A stretch of 64,000 nt of DNA from Nemertoderma westbladi. Taxonomy: Eukaryota; Animalia; Xenacoelomorpha. This document shows positions 55,401 to 61,400 of this stretch, piece after piece. A program made the position numbers and the translations under genes. Every line of letters starts with the position of its first letter. Position 1 is the stretch's first letter. Where the stretch lies: positions 16,116 to 80,115 of the forward strand of contig JAUCBJ010005969.1 in the NCBI GenBank assembly GCA_032718475.1, written 5' to 3'. The notes under the pieces are model-generated. The model saw only the letters and a program-made list of their open reading frames with translations. It had not been told where the DNA came from and made no database searches.

Positions 55401-58400
55401 GCTTCCTTCCTTCGCAACAGGGATTTTACATAGCAACAAGGGGTCCATTGGTGGGAATTCCCCAAATTTGGTACAGAAAAAACTTTACAGCATATTAGAG
55501 CGTAAGAGCTTATATACACAACTTCTCTATCTCTACGAACGGGGTGCATGTAACTTCGCCCATCGGATTTGTCGACCTCAATAACCCTTATCCCCCCCCC
55601 CCCCCCCCCAAAAAAAGATTTATTATATATGATAAATTATTGTGGTTTTAAACTAAAACATAATTATATACCTATAAAACTATAAATAAATTAGACCTAA
55701 AATAAATACACCAATCACAATTTTATTTTGTGAAATGAATTGCAGCATATTTATTGTGTAAGTAATTAAATTATTCTGGAACATCAATAATTTACCACGT
55801 ACTCTTCCCTGCTGTTCCTTTTGTTTGGTTGTGTTAAGCAAATTAATGTAGTTAGAAATATTTAAACACTTAATAATTAATATTCTTGAATATGGTCAAT
55901 TAAAAAGTTACATAAATGAAAAAAAATGTAGTATCCAAAAAATGGGGTTCGGATTGATTGCGAATTACTTTCGAGTTTTATGCTAAATTGACTCGCCTAA
56001 TTACAGCTTTGGGATTCATGGTTGCTAGCTAAGCTGGGGGTACGCTAAAGTGTACGTTAAAATTTATCAGTGCTGAAATTGTAGTGTTTGTTAAAATAGG
56101 TGCAAAAGCTTTTTACTTTTATCAATTCCTATAGGCCTAATAAATTTTGATCAAAATATAACACCTGTTTCTTAACAATAAGGTATGTATATAAGTACGG
56201 TAAATAGATATTAATATGTGGAAATTAATACTGGAGTTGCGAAATAACTGGGATTACACCCTATTCTTAATAGGCCTACCGGTATAATATCCCTTCCCTA
56301 ATACAAAATAATATACAGCAAAAGTAAATAAGAATCATATATGCTCAGCTCAGTATACTCACACTCACACGGATTATAACAATTACAATTTATTTTATTT
56401 TATTTACCTTTTTCTGTATCAAAGTCCTTGGAATCATCAACTTCTGAATCACCAGCGTCTGCCTCTCTATAAACTGCTTCGGGTGAGCAAATATACTTTT
56501 CTCGATAAGCCAGTTCCACCTTATTCACGTGCTTTTTGCTCGAAACGTGGTCTAATTTTGGAGCCAATCCACTTAAGGTTATATCACATAATGTGCATTG
56601 AGAGCTTATATGAATCATTTTATTCGTTTCTTCAAAAAACTGGTCTAACGATTTATTTACACTGGAATTTGTAGCGAAATTTTCAGTCAAAAAACTAATT
56701 ATTTCAGCAACTGGTGTAAAGGATATATAATTAGCAACGGTTCTTGTGTGAGACTTTCCCTCGATATGACTAACGGCCACAGACCGTCCACTCATCGATT
56801 TCACGCGACACAAAACGCACTTAAACGTTGTTAACACCCTGTCATTAATGAGCGATTCGGTGTGCTTCATATTAATACTGGAGTTTGTTGAAGTTATGGA
56901 CTTGGTATCCGATGTCATCATTATTGTTGGCGTTTGCTGTAAATTTGATGATATTGGCGTAATCATTGAACACTTTGTATCATCATTGCCACCTTCGGGT
57001 GGAGAGCGCTGTACTGTTGGTACTACTGCAATAACATTGGGTCTTCCAAAGTGTTTAGGGACCACCTATTAATTTTTGACATGTTGTTAACTGATTTTGG
57101 CATCGATCAGATGAGGTCTCTATCATTGATTAATCATTTGATTAATACAATTAAATTTAGATTTGATTAAACAATTTGATTGATATCATTGATTAACTAG
57201 TATATTTTGAATTTTGGATAGGTTCGGTTTAGTTTAGGGGTAAAAAAATGGACAATAATAATTTGTGCGAAATTTCTGAACTTTTGAGACAGTTTAATTA
57301 GTGTTAATGTTTAATTATATGTTACCTAATTCAAGGTTTATCTTATGGATGTTTATTTAATTAATTTAATTAGAGGGTAACTTACTTGTGTACCCTTATG
57401 AAAATCTGGTGTACGAAATTAAATTAAATTAAATTGACCTACATAAAAGGGGCGTGCCGGAAGTGTTTGTATAGGTGGTCCAGAGACACTTACAGCTTCT
57501 ACCCTTAACGTCTGACTCCTTTTGTTTTATTTTATGATCCAAGGAAAGTAAGTGGGCTTGGCACTCCTGGTCGTCATTAAATGACAACCCGCAAACCCGA
57601 CAATCGAGTTTACTTATTTCTACTGGGCCGACATTTCCAGAAGTTGGGCCTACGTGGTCGACTACAGTCATTTCTTCTTTGAACTTTATATTTTTTTCTT
57701 TTGTTGACGCATGCTTCTCACTTTGTAAATGTTTTTTCAAAACCTCTTCTGTATTGCAAGCAATGAGGCAATCATTACAAAATGGTTGATTGGGGTTTAA
57801 CTTTAGACTTGCTATTACTTGGATTCGGCGATTGTGTTCTTTGCCAGTAATATGCGCCTTGTATGCGGATTGGCCACTCACTTTCGAGCAGCAAATGTCG
57901 CAGTACGGACGATATATTTCATTTGTTTCACTAGCTGGTCTGATTCCTGGGAGGGTGATATCCGAAACATGTGCAGAACTGGACATCGGCAATCCAACTG
58001 TACTTGAAGGAGTACCTGCTGCGAGATGTGGCATTGGTAGGTTTATAGGTCTACCAGGGGATTCTCGACTAAATGAATACCCTCCAGTTTGTAAGTCGCA
58101 GTCGCTGAGTTTTGATGTCATGCTATCTTTGAATTTCTGATTTTTTAACTTTGTTTCGAAATGCTTTGGGCTTGCCACATGTTTCATTAATATATCCGCT
58201 GTGTCACATCCAACACTACATTCAGAACAAAACGGTAGAGTGGGAAATGTCTGGTGTTTCCGAACAGCGTCAACTCTGCGTATATGGTCCTTACCAGTCA
58301 TGTGCGCCTGCATATGCGATTGTCCATTAAATGTTGTACAACATATATCACATGATAGAGATGATGCAATTTGAGGTTGTACAGCCGACATGCCCAGAAA

Positions 58401-61400
58401 ATTTGTGATACCAGTAGGTGGTGGTCCTACCTTTGTTTTCTCTGAAGTAGTATTGTATTGTTGGTTGGCCGTTTCCGGTACTTCCCATATTCCATCATTG
58501 CAGGCAGCGTTGCCACTGGCACTGGGTATACCGGTAATATTTGAACCTGAGGCGACCATCATAAATTTATGACGTGATGTTGTTAAATGTGCGTCATACT
58601 CATCATCATCATGACATTGTACATCACATGCATTGCAGTGTCTCTTTTTATCCCTTGTCGTTGTCGTAAATCCTGGAGGTGGTTGTATAGGCCTTGTCGT
58701 AGGCCTACCGATAAGTCCTGGAGGTGGTTCTACAGGCCTAATGATATCACCAGGAGCAAAGTTTCGCAAAGCATCGGCGGCTTTACGATGTTTCGCGGAC
58801 TTAAAATGCTGTTCTTGTGGATCGCGACCATTTAATGAGACACGGCAAATTTTACAGTCATAAATACCGTTATACATTATAGATTTGTGATGTAGCCATG
58901 GATGGCAATCATTTCTTTAGGCCTACTTATTCACGAGAAATTACACCAGAAAACTGGATTTAAAAATGCGAAATTTCAGTAGCCTGCCTTCTTCCGGTAC
59001 TGTACTAGAGAAAACCGCCATGCATGACCATCTGACCATGGCTTTAATTCAGATAGGGGGGGGGGGGGGGGGGGAACTGAACGCAATAAAAATGCATCCC
59101 TCTCCAGAGGAAATTCGACGCAAATAATGAATAACAGCTGATTTGATTACTCTCAAAAATAAAACTGTAACCTGCTGACCTGTTCTATTGTGTTTAGTTT
59201 ATTGTTTTGGTTAAAATAACGTGCCACTGTAACCTGCTCCTTTCCCTAAATTGAGAATTTAACATTGACTGATTGAGGCGGGATATTAATTCTGTAATTC
59301 TGTAATTCGCCACGGCTGCAAGGCGGGTTTTGCGTCCAGTTCACCCCCCCCCCCCCCCCCCCCCCTGTCTCCTTTTAATCAGTCTGTCAGTTAATTACAG
59401 GCTAATTTAAGATTATAGGCCTACTGTTACTGTGTTATAGCTGTATAGTATAGACCTACTCCTGTATTCAGGTAGGCCTATTCTCAGACAGTCAGACGAC
59501 TCTGTCTGTGGCACGGCACAAGACAAGGCAGCAAGGGGGGACTACCTGTACGGCGGTACCGGCTGACCGGTACGGACTGATTGCCAATTATGCAATTGTT
59601 AGCCCTACCGGTATGCTTGCCTGCTAGTACAGTAGGCAGTTAGTTAGTTAGAATACAGGAATAGAACAGAGTACTAGTCCGGTAGTCAGATATCAGACAG
59701 AGTACTGGCTGACTGGAGTATAGCCAGACTGCCAGATAGCTCTGTAGTAGGCCTACTGGCAGACTGGCCTATGTGTATGTCAGTATGTACAATGTAGTAG
59801 GCCTTAGTACGACAGTACGAAGTACAAAGTACAGTGCTATGTTGTCAGGCCGTGGCACTACTGCAGTGCAGTACAGGCACGGCAGTTGTTGTATAGTACT
59901 GTAGTAGTAGTACTAGTAGTAGACACTAGACAGCAGACTGGACTGGCAGACAGGTCTACTACTACTATGTACTAAATACAGAAATTGGTTGACGAAATAG
60001 GACATAGGCCTACCCCTTGTCAAGGACACAAACTTGTTGTGTTGAGAACAATAATTATGATGATGATGATGCTGATGCTGATGAAGTTACATGAAAATGT
60101 GTTTTCTTTTGTATAAATTGTAAAGTAAACCAGTAAATGAAAAGCGAAATCTATTAATTTATTCATTAATAATTCGTTGGAAATCGAAAACTATTTACAT
60201 ACAGTAAGTAACTACTGTACAATGGGCATATTGGCATTTCATAAAATTATGTAATGGACTAATGGTAAGATAACATTCCTCGTCGCTATAGTGACGCGAA
60301 TCAATAGTAACTATATACATACGTACGTCGGCCCATGTGAATAATACCAGACTTTCTGCTGTTATATTTCACTTTGCAGTTACCCCCATGTGAAGAATAC
60401 CAGGTTTTCACCAAAAACACAGGTTACAGAAGGCGCTGAATCTAACCAAAACAATAAACGAATTTATGTATATGGTACAGGTTATAAGACAGAAATAAGC
60501 GCTATAAAACACTTAATAAAGATAAATTAAAAAAAATAAAAAATCTTCATATATAAAATATCCTATAAGAATGTCGACCGAAAAGTGTAAATCCTGGTAT
60601 TCTTCACGTGGGCGTCTTATAACCTGTATAGATACATATTCGTTTATTGTTTTGGTTAAAATCCACCCTTCTGAATCCTGTGTTTTTAGTGAAAACCTGG
60701 TATTCTTCACATGGAGGTAAACTGCAAAGTAAAATATAACAGCATAAAGTCTGGTATACTTCACATCGGCCAGACCTTCCGGATGTCAATTGCTGTCCAC
60801 CACTTTTCATCTCGTTCATCGGCTCCCATACAACAAGGATAAAGTTATACGATGAGTCTACAGATTAGTCTAGCAGCTGTCGCCTGTTAGACTGTGTGTT
60901 GTGCAATGCCTTGTTTGTTAAGGAAACATTGTATTTTATGCCATGAACTCGGCAGCATCTTGGTGTCAGGGCCGGATTAATGGGGGGGGGGGGGGGGGGG
61001 GGCAAGGGGCCCGGGCCACCCACCAAGAGGGGCCTCCCACCAATTCCACCAATACGGCCATAAATTTAATAATAATATAATTATAACGAACCTGCCTATT
61101 AATAGGCCAGGGTAGTACTTGTCAAGAGTTAAGCCGTTCAAAAACACGATGTGGGGTGTGTGGGGTGTTGGTGTGTGTATGTATAACCATCCAATATCTC
61201 AAAACTCAAAGCAGGTGCGCATAAATTTTAATACCAAACTCTACATAAATTTTGGTTGCGCACAAGACTGTATATTTTTTGTGGCGTTGCGATCACGGGG
61301 TCACTGAAAAATAGCGGTTTTGAAAATTGTCGAATTTAACCGATTTCAACTCGTCGAGTATGCAGCAACTTTTTTATTTAGGCTATTCAGTCATTTGAGC

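Noticed and set aside
57026-57065. Acceptor at 57066 / GTG start of ORF 56400-57065
   Set aside because: Phase 0 is incompatible with the strong phase-1 GTAAGT donor. The acceptor at 57026 (TTATTGCAG) restores the frame.
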